Assembly: GCA_963662965.1 (NCBI GenBank)
Contig: OY759970.1
Location: forward strand, 3,328,524 to 3,392,523
DNA: 64,000 nt
Direction of reading: 5' to 3'
Origin: Vicinamibacterales bacterium
GTDB lineage: Bacteria; Acidobacteriota; Vicinamibacteria; Vicinamibacterales; UBA8438
Positions 55,730-64,000 of the stretch are shown here, in pieces; within the stretch, counting starts at the first letter, position 1, and every line of letters starts with the position of its first letter. Made by a program: the position numbers and the translations under genes. Under the pieces are notes generated by a model, which was not told the origin of the DNA, ran no database searches, and saw only the letters and a list, made by a program, of their open reading frames with translations.

Positions 55730-58099
55730 CTAGTGGGTAAGCTGGTCGTCCGCCACCGCGTCGACGTCCGGCAGCCGTGGACCGAACGGCTCGGTGAGCG
55801 CGATCTTGAGGACCTCATCCATCGTATCAACCATATAGAGGTCGAGGGCGTCGAGGACCGCCTTCGGAATGTCGGCGAGGTCCTTCTCGTTGTCCCTCGG
55901 CAGGATGATGGTCGTGAGATTGGCGCGGTGGGCCGCCAGGATCTTCTCCTTGACGCCGCCGATCGGTAGGACCTTGCCGCGCAGCGTGATTTCACCGGTC
56001 ATCGCGACCTTGCGTCGCGTGGGAATACGCGTGAGCATCGACACCAGTGCCGTGGTGATCGTGATCCCGGCCGACGGGCCGTCCTTGGGAATCGCCCCCT
56101 CGGGGACGTGGACGTGGACGTCGGTCTTCTTGTTGAACTCCTTCGGGATGCCGAACTCCTCGGCCTTGGAGCGCACGTAGCTCATCGCGGCTTGCGCCGA
56201 TTCCTGCATCACCTCGCCGAGCTTACCGGTCAACGTGAGCTTCCCCCTGCCCGGCATGAGCGTCGACTCGGTGAGGAGGAGCTCGCCGCCGGCCTCCGTC
56301 CACGCGAGTCCGGTCGCAACCCCGATCTCATCCTTTTCTTCGGCGGCCGTCGGTCGATATCGTGGCACGCCGAGGTATTCGGTGACCTTCTCGCCGGTGA
56401 CGGCTGACTCGTAGCTCTTGCCCTCGTCGACCACCTTGCGTGCGATCTTGCGGCAGATCGAGGCGATCTCGCGTTCGAGACTGCGAACGCCCGCCTCGCG
56501 CGTATAACGGCGGATGATCGTCTCGTAGGCGTCGTCGCTGAAAGTCACGTTCTTCTCGGTCAGGCCGGTGGCCTTCACTGTCTTCGGCGTCAGGAACCGT
56601 TTGCCGATCTCGATCTTTTCGAGCTCCGTGTAGCCGGAAAGCGGCAAGACTTCCATGCGGTCGCGTAACGCTTGCGGGACCGTATGCAGGACGTTCGCCG
56701 TGCAGATGAACATCACGTGCGACAAGTCGTACTCGACGTCGAGATAGTGGTCGAGAAACGTGTTGTTCTGCTCCGGGTCGAGCACCTCGAGGAGCGCCGA
56801 CGACGGATCCCCACGGAAGTCCATCGACATCTTGTCGACTTCGTCGAGGAGAAACACTGGGTTGATAGTGCCGGCCTTTTTCATCATCTGGATGATTTGG
56901 CCCGGAAACGCGCCGATGTACGTTCGGCGGTGCCCCCGGACCTCGGCCTCGTCCCGCACCCCGCCGAGTGAGAGCCGCACGAACTTGCGGTTGGTCGCCC
57001 GCGCGATCGATTTCGCGAGTGACGTCTTGCCAACTCCCGGCGGGCCGGTCAGCGTCAGGATGGTGCCTTTCGGTTTTCGCACCAGCGACCGGACGGCCAA
57101 GAATTCCAGAATCCGGTCTTTGATCTTATCGAGCCCGTAGTGGTCTTCGTTCAGGATCGTCTCCGCGCGGCCGAGGTTACGGCCTTCCCGACTCCGCTTA
57201 GACCACGGCACCGCGATCAGCCAATCGAGGTAGTTGCGGGAAACAGTTGACTCAGCGGACATCGGCGGCATCGCCTCGAGCCGCTTGAGCTCCTGGATCG
57301 CCTTTTCCTCGGTGTCGCGCGGCATCTTGCTGTCTTCGATCTTCTTGCGAAGCTCGTCGACCTCGTTGCCGCGGTCCTCCTTGCGACCCAGCTCCTTCTG
57401 AATCGCCTTCATCTTCTCGTTAAGGTAGTACTCCTTCTGCGCCTTTTCCATCTGCTTCTTGACGCGCGATTGGACCCGGCGATCCACCTGGAGCTTGTCG
57501 ACCTCGGTTTCGAGGATGGTGGCGATGCGTACGAGGCGCTCGACCGGCGAGATGATTTCGAGCAGGTTCTGTTTCTCGTCGACCCCGACCACGAGATGCG
57601 CGGCGATCGTGTCGGCCAGCTTACTCGGGGCATCGACGCGCACGGCGGCGATCATGGCGTCGTACTGGAGGTTGTTCGAAAGCTTGACGTACTGCTCGAA
57701 CAACGACACCACCTTGCTCATGGTGCTCTCGACATCCTCGCTCGACTCGGTCGGCTTGACAAGGATCTTCGCCACCACGCGGTAGAACCCCTTGTCTTCC
57801 TTCCATTCGATCGTGCGGGCACGATCCACGCCTTCGACCAACACTTTGACGTTGCCGTCCGGGAGCTTGAGGCTCTGGACGATGTTGGCCACGCACCCCA
57901 TCGTGTAGATGTCGTTGGGACTCGGGTCGTCGTTGGCCGCGTCCTTCTGGGCGGCCAAAAAGATGCGCTTGTCCTGAGACAGGGCATGCTCGAGGGCCCG
58001 TGTCGATGACGGCCGTCCGATGACGAACGGCATCATCATGTGCGGGAAGACCACGACATCGCGCAGCGGGACGATCGGAAGAGTTTCGTAGGATTCCAT
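55730..58099 (-). CDS. lon: ATP-dependent Lon protease
   Basis: 789 aa. LON N-domain, Walker [10 protein letters not shown], protease motif PKDGPSAG. Confidence 0.97.
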   Translation of the reverse strand: MESYETLPIVPLRDVVVFPHMMMPFVIGRPSSTRALEHALSQDKRIFLAAQKDAANDDPSPNDIYTMGCVANIVQSLKLPDGNVKVLVEGVDRARTIEWKEDKGFYRVVAKILVKPTESSEDVESTMSKVVSLFEQYVKLSNNLQYDAMIAAVRVDAPSKLADTIAAHLVVGVDEKQNLLEIISPVERLVRIATILETEVDKLQVDRRVQSRVKKQMEKAQKEYYLNEKMKAIQKELGRKEDRGNEVDELRKKIEDSKMPRDTEEKAIQELKRLEAMPPMSAESTVSRNYLDWLIAVPWSKRSREGRNLGRAETILNEDHYGLDKIKDRILEFLAVRSLVRKPKGTILTLTGPPGVGKTSLAKSIARATNRKFVRLSLGGVRDEAEVRGHRRTYIGAFPGQIIQMMKKAGTINPVFLLDEVDKMSMDFRGDPSSALLEVLDPEQNNTFLDHYLDVEYDLSHVMFICTANVLHTVPQALRDRMEVLPLSGYTELEKIEIGKRFLTPKTVKATGLTEKNVTFSDDAYETIIRRYTREAGVRSLEREIASICRKIARKVVDEGKSYESAVTGEKVTEYLGVPRYRPTAAEEKDEIGVATGLAWTEAGGELLLTESTLMPGRGKLTLTGKLGEVMQESAQAAMSYVRSKAEEFGIPKEFNKKTDVHVHVPEGAIPKDGPSAGITITTALVSMLTRIPTRRKVAMTGEITLRGKVLPIGGVKEKILAAHRANLTTIILPRDNEKDLADIPKAVLDALDLYMVDTMDEVLKIALTEPFGPRLPDVDAVADDQLTH

Positions 58100-58120
58100 G
58101 CAGTCGGTGATTCGCGCCGG

Positions 58121-59371
58121 TTACCCAGTCTTTTCGATAAGAGTAATGGGTTTGTCCTTCGTCAGGACAGCTTCGCGTGTGATCACGCACTCGGACACCT
58201 TCTTATTGCCCGGCAGCGTGTACATGATGTCGAGCATCAGATCTTCGATGATCATCCGGAGCCCGCGCGCTCCAATCTTGCGTTCGAGTGCCGCCTCGGC
58301 GATCGCCTCGAGCGCGTCATCCGTAAATCGAAGCTTCACGTTCTCGTACTCGAACAGTCTCTGATACTGGCGCGTGATGGCGTTGCGAGGCGTGGTCAGG
58401 ATCTTGACCAACGCCTCGCGATCGAGCTCGTGCAGGGTGCCTTGGACCGGCAGTCGGCCGACGAACTCCGGGATGAGACCGTATTGGATGAGATCCTCGG
58501 GCTCGACGTTCTGGAGCAGCGAGCCGACGTTCGTCTGGCGTGACGACTGGATGTCCGCCCGAAAACCAAGCGTTTTGCGCCCGAGGCGTCGCTGGATCAT
58601 TTTGTCGAGGCCCACAAAGGCGCCACCACAAATGAACAGCACGTTGGTCGTGTCGATCTGGAAGAACTCCTGGTGCGGATGCTTCCGGCCACCCTGTGGT
58701 GGGACATTGGCGACGGTGCCTTCGAGGATCTTGAGCAGGGCCTGTTGAACACCCTCGCCGGAGACGTCACGCGTGATCGACGGGTTTTCGTCTTTCCGGC
58801 AGATCTTGTCGATCTCGTCGATGTAGATGATGCCCTGCTGGCACTTCTCGATGTCGCCACCCGCCGCCTGCAGCAGCTTGAGAATGATGTTCTCGACGTC
58901 TTCACCGACGTAGCCGGCCTCGGTGAGCGTCGTCGCGTCGACGATCGTGAAAGGCACCGACAGCAAACGCGCCAGCGTTTGCGCCAGCAGCGTCTTCCCG
59001 GTGCCGGTTGGCCCGACCAGGAGGATGTTCGACTTCGCGAGCTCGGTGTCGTGCCGGCTCTTTGACTGCTTCTGAATCTCGACGCGTTTGTAGTGGTTGT
59101 AGACGGCAACCGCAATCTTCTTCTTGGTCGCTTCCTGGCCGATGACGTATTGGTCGAGGAACTTCTTGATTTCAGCCGGGATCGGGAGACTCGACCGGAG
59201 CTCGCCCTTGTTCTCGAACCGATTGTCATCCGCGATAATGTCGTTGCAGACCTCGACGCATTCATCGCAGATGAAGACGGTTGGACCGGCGATGAGCTTG
59301 AGGACATCGTTCTGATCTTTGTTGCAGAACGAACAACGGAGGATCTCACCGTCGGTGCTCTTTTTCGCCAT
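58121..59371 (-). CDS. clpX: ATP-dependent Clp protease ATP-binding subunit ClpX
   Basis: N-terminal zinc finger CSFC...[25 protein letters not shown]. Confidence 0.97.
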   Translation of the reverse strand: MAKKSTDGEILRCSFCNKDQNDVLKLIAGPTVFICDECVEVCNDIIADDNRFENKGELRSSLPIPAEIKKFLDQYVIGQEATKKKIAVAVYNHYKRVEIQKQSKSRHDTELAKSNILLVGPTGTGKTLLAQTLARLLSVPFTIVDATTLTEAGYVGEDVENIILKLLQAAGGDIEKCQQGIIYIDEIDKICRKDENPSITRDVSGEGVQQALLKILEGTVANVPPQGGRKHPHQEFFQIDTTNVLFICGGAFVGLDKMIQRRLGRKTLGFRADIQSSRQTNVGSLLQNVEPEDLIQYGLIPEFVGRLPVQGTLHELDREALVKILTTPRNAITRQYQRLFEYENVKLRFTDDALEAIAEAALERKIGARGLRMIIEDLMLDIMYTLPGNKKVSECVITREAVLTKDKPITLIEKTG

Positions 59372-59391
59372 GTCTGTCGGGTCCGCTCGCG

Positions 59392-60003
59392 CTACGCGCG
59401 CTCGCGGATCACATCATCAATAATACCGTATTCGCGGCTCTGCTCGGCGCTCATGATGTAGTCGCGTTCCGTGTCCTCGCCGATCCGCTCGAGCGACTGT
59501 CCCGTATGGTGGGACAGGATCTCGTTGAGTCGCTCACGTGTGCGCAGAATTTCCTTCGCGTGGATGTCGATATCGGTAGCCTGCCCGCCCAGCCCGGTCA
59601 TCAGCGGCTGATGAATCACCATGCGCGAGTTGGGCAGAGAGAACCGTTTACCCTTCGCGCCGGCGGCCAGCAGCACCGCCGCCATCGACGCCGCCTGGCC
59701 GATACAGGTCGTCTGCACGTCCGGCTTAATGAACTGCATCGTGTCGTAAATGGCAAGCCCGGCTGAGATGACGCCGCCCGGGCTGTTGATATACAGCATG
59801 ATGTCGCGGTCTGGATCCTCGGCCTCCAGAAACAGCATCTGCGCGATCACGAGATTGGCGAGCCCGTCGTCAATGCCCGATCCAACAAAGATGATGCTGT
59901 CTTTGAGCAGCCGCGAGTAGATGTCGTACGCACGCTCGCCGCGGTTGGTCTGCTCGACCACCATCGGAATCAGTTGTGATGTCGGTTCGGGCTTGCTGCT
60001 CAC
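59392..60003 (-). CDS. clpP: ATP-dependent Clp protease proteolytic subunit
   Basis: [18 protein letters not shown] motifs. Confidence 0.97.
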   Translation of the reverse strand: MSSKPEPTSQLIPMVVEQTNRGERAYDIYSRLLKDSIIFVGSGIDDGLANLVIAQMLFLEAEDPDRDIMLYINSPGGVISAGLAIYDTMQFIKPDVQTTCIGQAASMAAVLLAAGAKGKRFSLPNSRMVIHQPLMTGLGGQATDIDIHAKEILRTRERLNEILSHHTGQSLERIGEDTERDYIMSAEQSREYGIIDDVIRERA

Positions 60004-60076
60004 TCATCACCTCGGTCGTGCTGGGGCGTGATGTGGATGGGGAGCGCGCCGGACGTGGTACCGTGAGAGCCGAAAC

Positions 60077-61390
60077 TCACGCGACGACGATGGTAGCACG
60101 CGACAATAGGAAGTCAATCGCCTTCTCCCGTCGTAAGCTGGTCGTGAGTCGGTCGACGCCCCCCTCCTTTTCGACGAGCGCGCGGACGGCCGACGCCGTT
60201 CGTCCGCTGGCCTCTGCTTGTCGCTCGATTTCCTGACTGACGTCGTCGTCGGTCACGTCGATGGCTTCACGTGACGCGATCGCGTCGAGGACCAACGTGC
60301 TGCGCACGGTGTCGGTGGCCGCCGCGCGCTGTTGTTCGCGAAACGCATCCCAATCGATGTTGGCCTCACGCGGGTCGATGCGTTGACCCAACATGTGACG
60401 CGCGAGCTGCTCGACGCGCCGCTCAACTTCATGGTCAATCAGTCCGTCCGGCACCTCCACCCTCACCCGGCCGGCGAGTTGGCGGAGCAGGTCGTTCCGC
60501 ACGTCGTTCTTGGTTTTGTGTTCAGCATGGGTAGTGAGGTCGTCCTCGACCCGCGCCCGTAGCGCGGCGAGGTCGTCGAAGTCGCCGGCCTGCTTCGCAA
60601 ACTCGTCGTCCAGCGCCGGGACCACCCGCCGGTGCAGGCCCTTGACCTCGATGTCGTAGGCGGCTTCCGCGCCAGCCAACGACGAGACCTCGTACGAGTC
60701 CGGGAATGTCACAGTGAACGACTGCGTTGCACCGACCTCGAGGCCGAGAAGCTCATCGTCGAAGCCAGGAGGATTGACCTTGTTGCCCATCTCTACCGAG
60801 ACGTCCTGGTGCTGCTCGGGTTTGCTCGACGGCGCGTCGTCGCCCACGCCCGTAGCGGCCGGTTGGCTCACGAGTCGGCGTTCGAGGTCGAGGGTCACGG
60901 TGTCGCCCTGCTCGACGCCCCGCCCATCCACTGGTTCCAGTCGGGCGGCTCGCTGTCGCAGTTGCTCCATCGCTTTATCGACCGCCTCCTCGTCGATCGC
61001 CACCGGTGTTTGTCTCAGCGTGAAGCCGTCGTAGCTCCCGGGGTCGACGTCCGGAAGCGTTTCGAACGTGGCGGTGAATGTCAGCGGTTTCCCTTCATCG
61101 ACGTCGACGTCTCGAATCTCGGGGGTGGCCACCGGCGTCACGCCCTCGGACGACAGCGCGTCGTCGACCGCCTTCGCCACCAGGTCCTGCGCCACATCGT
61201 GAAGGATCTGATCCAGAAACCGCGTCCGAATCACATGGGCAGGGACTTTCCCCGGCCGAAACCCGTGGATTTTCGCCGAACGCCCGTAGCGCTTCGACAG
61301 CCGGCCAATGGCTTCGTCCACCGTCGCTGTCGGAATCTCGACCGTCAACTCCTGACGGCAATCGCTGATGTTCGTGAATTCGGTCTTCAT
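60077..61390 (-). CDS. tig: trigger factor
   Basis: 437 aa. GFRPGKVP ribosome-binding motif. Placed upstream of clpP-clpX. Confidence 0.95.
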   Translation of the reverse strand: MKTEFTNISDCRQELTVEIPTATVDEAIGRLSKRYGRSAKIHGFRPGKVPAHVIRTRFLDQILHDVAQDLVAKAVDDALSSEGVTPVATPEIRDVDVDEGKPLTFTATFETLPDVDPGSYDGFTLRQTPVAIDEEAVDKAMEQLRQRAARLEPVDGRGVEQGDTVTLDLERRLVSQPAATGVGDDAPSSKPEQHQDVSVEMGNKVNPPGFDDELLGLEVGATQSFTVTFPDSYEVSSLAGAEAAYDIEVKGLHRRVVPALDDEFAKQAGDFDDLAALRARVEDDLTTHAEHKTKNDVRNDLLRQLAGRVRVEVPDGLIDHEVERRVEQLARHMLGQRIDPREANIDWDAFREQQRAAATDTVRSTLVLDAIASREAIDVTDDDVSQEIERQAEASGRTASAVRALVEKEGGVDRLTTSLRREKAIDFLLSRATIVVA

Positions 61391-61413
61391 GCGAAAGCGT
61401 GCTGTGTGTGGGA

Positions 61414-61500
61414 TGGTGCGAAAGGGGGGAGTTGAACCCCCATAGCCTTGCGGCTACCGGATCCTAAATCCGGCGCGTCTGCCAATTCCGCCACTTTCGC
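61414..61500 (-). tRNA. tRNA-Leu (anticodon UAG), class II with long variable arm, CCA encoded
   Basis: Folded by hand. Acceptor GCGAAAG/CTTTCGC. Anticodon stem CCGGA/TCCGG with loop TTTAGGA. Variable arm AGCC-GCAA-GGCT. T arm GGGGG-TTCAACT-CCCCC. Discriminator A plus CCA. Confidence 0.95.
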
Positions 61501-61653
61501 ATCAACGCGGGCGCCGCACGACTCACTCCGTTCACGTTCCGCACGCACATCAGGCTAGTATACCGGTCGACCGAACGCGCCGTGTTTGACTGGCTGGACC
61601 GTCCTTCTGGTACTATCGAGGGCAGCGCGCGTCGATCTGAAAGGATGTTCGTG

Positions 61654-63015
61654 ATGTCTGCAGCTCCGCCGGACACCGACTCTGTCGTCGACCGACAGCA
61701 AGCCATCCAGGCGTATCGAGACAACCGAGCACGCACGCTGGCGCTCTTCGAGATGTTGGCTCCGGACGCGTACTATGACACACCGATCCCGCTTCGCCAT
61801 CCGGTCGTGTTCTATGAAGGCCATATTCCGGCGTTCGCGGTTAATTCGTTTCTCAAGAAGGGACTCGGGCATCCCGGCCTGGACTCCGATCTCGAGCGGC
61901 TGTTCGCCCGCGGGATCGACCCCGCCGACCAGACGGCGGCCGGCACGTCGGCTATCGAACAGGCCGCCTGGCCGACCCGTGACGAGGTCCGTCGTTATAC
62001 CGCGCGCGCCGATGACATCATCCTGAACGCGCTCAAGTCCGACACGATCGAGAGCGACCGCAACGCCGTGTTGCGTCGGGGGCAAGGTGTGTTCACGATG
62101 CTCGAGCACGAGGTGATGCATCAGGAGACGTTGCTCTATATGTGGCATCGGTTCGAGCTCGAAAGGAAACAACGGCCCGCTGGATACGAGCTCGTCGGGG
62201 TCAATACGTCTGTTCCGTCCACGCGGAAGATGGTGGCCATTCCTGCCGGTCGGGCCACCCTGGGGACCGCGGTCACCGACGTGGTCTTTGGCTGGGACAA
62301 TGAGTTTCCGACGCATCGTGTTGACGTGCCCCGGTTCGCGATCGACGAACACGATGTGACCAACGCCGACTTTCTCGCGTTCGTCGAGGCGGGCGGCTAC
62401 GACGATGCGGGCCTCTGGACGCAGCCGGCCTGGACTCGTCTGGCGGAGACGGGCCGCCGGCATCCACTGTTCTGGGAGTCGATCGATGGCGATTGGCACT
62501 GGCGCGGGATGTTCGATCGTGTTCCGCTCCCGCTCGCCTGGCCGGTCTACGTGACCCACGACGAGGCCTCCGCGTTCGCGCGGTGGAAGCGGCTGCGTTT
62601 GCCGACGGAAGCCGAGTTCCATCGTGCCGCGTATGGCACCTCTGAGGGGACCGAGCGGGCGTACCCGTGGGGTGATCAGGCGCCCGATCCGACGCGCGGC
62701 AACTTCGACTTTCACCGCTGGGACCCGGTGCCGGTCGGGTCGCACCCAGACGGCGCCAGCGCCTGGGGCGTGCACGATCTCGTCGGGAACGGCTGGGAGT
62801 GGACATCGACGGCGTTTGAAGGCTTCCCGGGATTCGAGATCATGGCGTCGTATCCCGAGTACTCGGCGGATTTCTTCGATGGGGATCACTTCGTGGTCAA
62901 GGGGGCGTCGCCGGCGACAGGCCGGGACCTGATACGACGTAGCTTTCGCAACTGGTTCCGGCCGAGCTATCCGTATATGTACGCGACGTTCCGCTGCGCG
63001 CGGGATGTCACGTAA
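61654..63015 (+). CDS. egtB: ergothioneine biosynthesis sulfoxide synthase EgtB-like (DinB_2 + FGE-sulfatase domains)
   Basis: HPVVFYEGHIPAF and LEHEVMHQETLLYMWH (DinB-like), then GNGWEWTS...FRNWFRPSYPYMYATFRCARD. The start is uncertain (ATG 61654 has AAGGA upstream; alternative 61645). Confidence 0.82.
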   Translation: MSAAPPDTDSVVDRQQAIQAYRDNRARTLALFEMLAPDAYYDTPIPLRHPVVFYEGHIPAFAVNSFLKKGLGHPGLDSDLERLFARGIDPADQTAAGTSAIEQAAWPTRDEVRRYTARADDIILNALKSDTIESDRNAVLRRGQGVFTMLEHEVMHQETLLYMWHRFELERKQRPAGYELVGVNTSVPSTRKMVAIPAGRATLGTAVTDVVFGWDNEFPTHRVDVPRFAIDEHDVTNADFLAFVEAGGYDDAGLWTQPAWTRLAETGRRHPLFWESIDGDWHWRGMFDRVPLPLAWPVYVTHDEASAFARWKRLRLPTEAEFHRAAYGTSEGTERAYPWGDQAPDPTRGNFDFHRWDPVPVGSHPDGASAWGVHDLVGNGWEWTSTAFEGFPGFEIMASYPEYSADFFDGDHFVVKGASPATGRDLIRRSFRNWFRPSYPYMYATFRCARDVT

Positions 63016-63018
63016 GTA

Positions 63019-63996
63019 ATGGCTGTCTCGCGGAGTGAAACCAGGCCGCTGGAGGTCGACGACGCTCTCGTGCGAGACGTCGTCGCGGGGCTGACCAGCG
63101 AACCGAAGCGGCTGCCGTCGAAGTACCACTACGACGCCTTGGGATCGCAGCTCTTCGAAGCGATCTGTGAGCTCCCGTGGTATACCATTACCCGGAGCGA
63201 GCGTGCCCTTCTGGCCCGCGAGCGCGGCGACATCATCGGTCGGCTCGGGACACCGGCGACGATGATCGAGCTTGGCGGTGGCAGCGGCGAGAAGATCGCG
63301 CTCCTCGCCGACGGCCTCGCGGCCGAGCAGCGTCCGACGGCGATTCACCTCATCGATATCTCCAAGACCGCGCTCGAGCTGGCGACGCGAACGCTCGGCG
63401 GCTATGGCTCGGTATCCGTTGTCCAACACGAAGCGACGTACACGGAGGGGTTACGCGCGGCGGTGCACGCGCTCGGTCACGGCCAGCCCGCGATGGTGCT
63501 GTTCCTCGGGTCCAATATCGGGAACCTCAGCGCCGACGCGACGAACCTGTTTCTGGCGAACATCCGGGAACGGCTGCGGCCCGGAGACAGTTTTCTGGTC
63601 GGTGCCGACTTGGTGAAGGCGGAGGCTGATCTCGTGGCCGCCTACGACGACCCGCTCGGCGTGACCGCATCGTTCAATCGCAATCTCCTGGTGCGGATCA
63701 ACCGCGAGCTCGACGCCGACTTTGACGTGGCGCAGTTCGTCCATCGGGTCGTCTGGAACGCGCACGATTCGAGCGTCGAGTCGTATCTGGTGAGCCAGCG
63801 AGAACAGACGGTGTGCATCACCGGCGCGGGATGCTGCATCCGTCTCTCCGAGGGCGAGGCGATTTGGACCGAGAGCTCTCGCAAGTACGAGCCGGAACAG
63901 ATCGTGTCGATGGGAGAGGCGGCCGGTTTTCGGCGGTGCGCCCAGTGGATTGAGTCGAGTGCCGCGTTCGCCCTCACGTTGTTCGAGGTGTCATGA
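63019..63996 (+). CDS. egtD: L-histidine N-alpha-methyltransferase EgtD
   Basis: YHYDALGSQLFEAICELPWYTITRSE, IELGGGSGEK, ESSRKY motifs. Directly downstream of egtB. Confidence 0.88.
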   Translation: MAVSRSETRPLEVDDALVRDVVAGLTSEPKRLPSKYHYDALGSQLFEAICELPWYTITRSERALLARERGDIIGRLGTPATMIELGGGSGEKIALLADGLAAEQRPTAIHLIDISKTALELATRTLGGYGSVSVVQHEATYTEGLRAAVHALGHGQPAMVLFLGSNIGNLSADATNLFLANIRERLRPGDSFLVGADLVKAEADLVAAYDDPLGVTASFNRNLLVRINRELDADFDVAQFVHRVVWNAHDSSVESYLVSQREQTVCITGAGCCIRLSEGEAIWTESSRKYEPEQIVSMGEAAGFRRCAQWIESSAAFALTLFEVS

Positions 63997-64000
63997 CCGC

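Noticed and set aside
61555-63429. 624-aa minus-strand ORF opposite egtB/egtD
   Set aside because: Shadow ORF that spans two real plus-strand genes. It has no motifs.

Overview
High-GC, densely coding bacterial chromosome segment of housekeeping character. I call 53 protein genes or pseudogenes and one tRNA. I saw no rRNA, CRISPR array, transposase or prophage genes. Recognisable blocks:
- uvrA, lpxC, lysA, tmk
- minus-strand rplU-rpmA-obg-nadD-rsfS-comF
- dprA(decayed)-topA-trmFO-xerC, then about 10 kb, then hslV-hslU
- an ECF sigma / anti-sigma module
- a transaldolase plus three-part acyl-CoA carboxylase cluster
- tamB, an Omp85 (BamA/TamA-like) gene and a SurA-like gene
- nrdJ (class II RNR) with candidate NrdR boxes
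- a PQQ dehydrogenase
- minus-strand tRNA-Leu-tig-clpP-clpX-lon-engB-rpmE
- an egtB-egtD ergothioneine pair
This content is compatible with an Acidobacteriota-like Gram-negative organism, but that is inference only.

Three signals are not explained by ordinary genes.
1. At least 12 copies or fragments of a modular, strongly structured interspersed repeat superfamily (family A: A1-A6; family B: modules X and Y, B1-B6). They fill most of the longer gaps after plus-strand genes. Their stems differ between copies but stay complementary. They share a roughly 17-nt G-rich motif. They repeatedly donate stop codons, C-terminal tails or N-terminal codons to neighbouring ORFs.
2. Indel-type gene decay is confined to about five genes (dprA, two sensor kinases with an NtrC remnant, a radical-SAM remnant, the anti-sigma 3' end), while roughly 53 kb of other CDS reads through intact.
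3. Three AT-rich or non-coding islands (3.6 kb, 20.9 kb, 54.3-54.8 kb) carry strong hairpins and could hide small RNAs or regulatory sites.

No database or folding search could be run. All family names rest on motifs read by eye.
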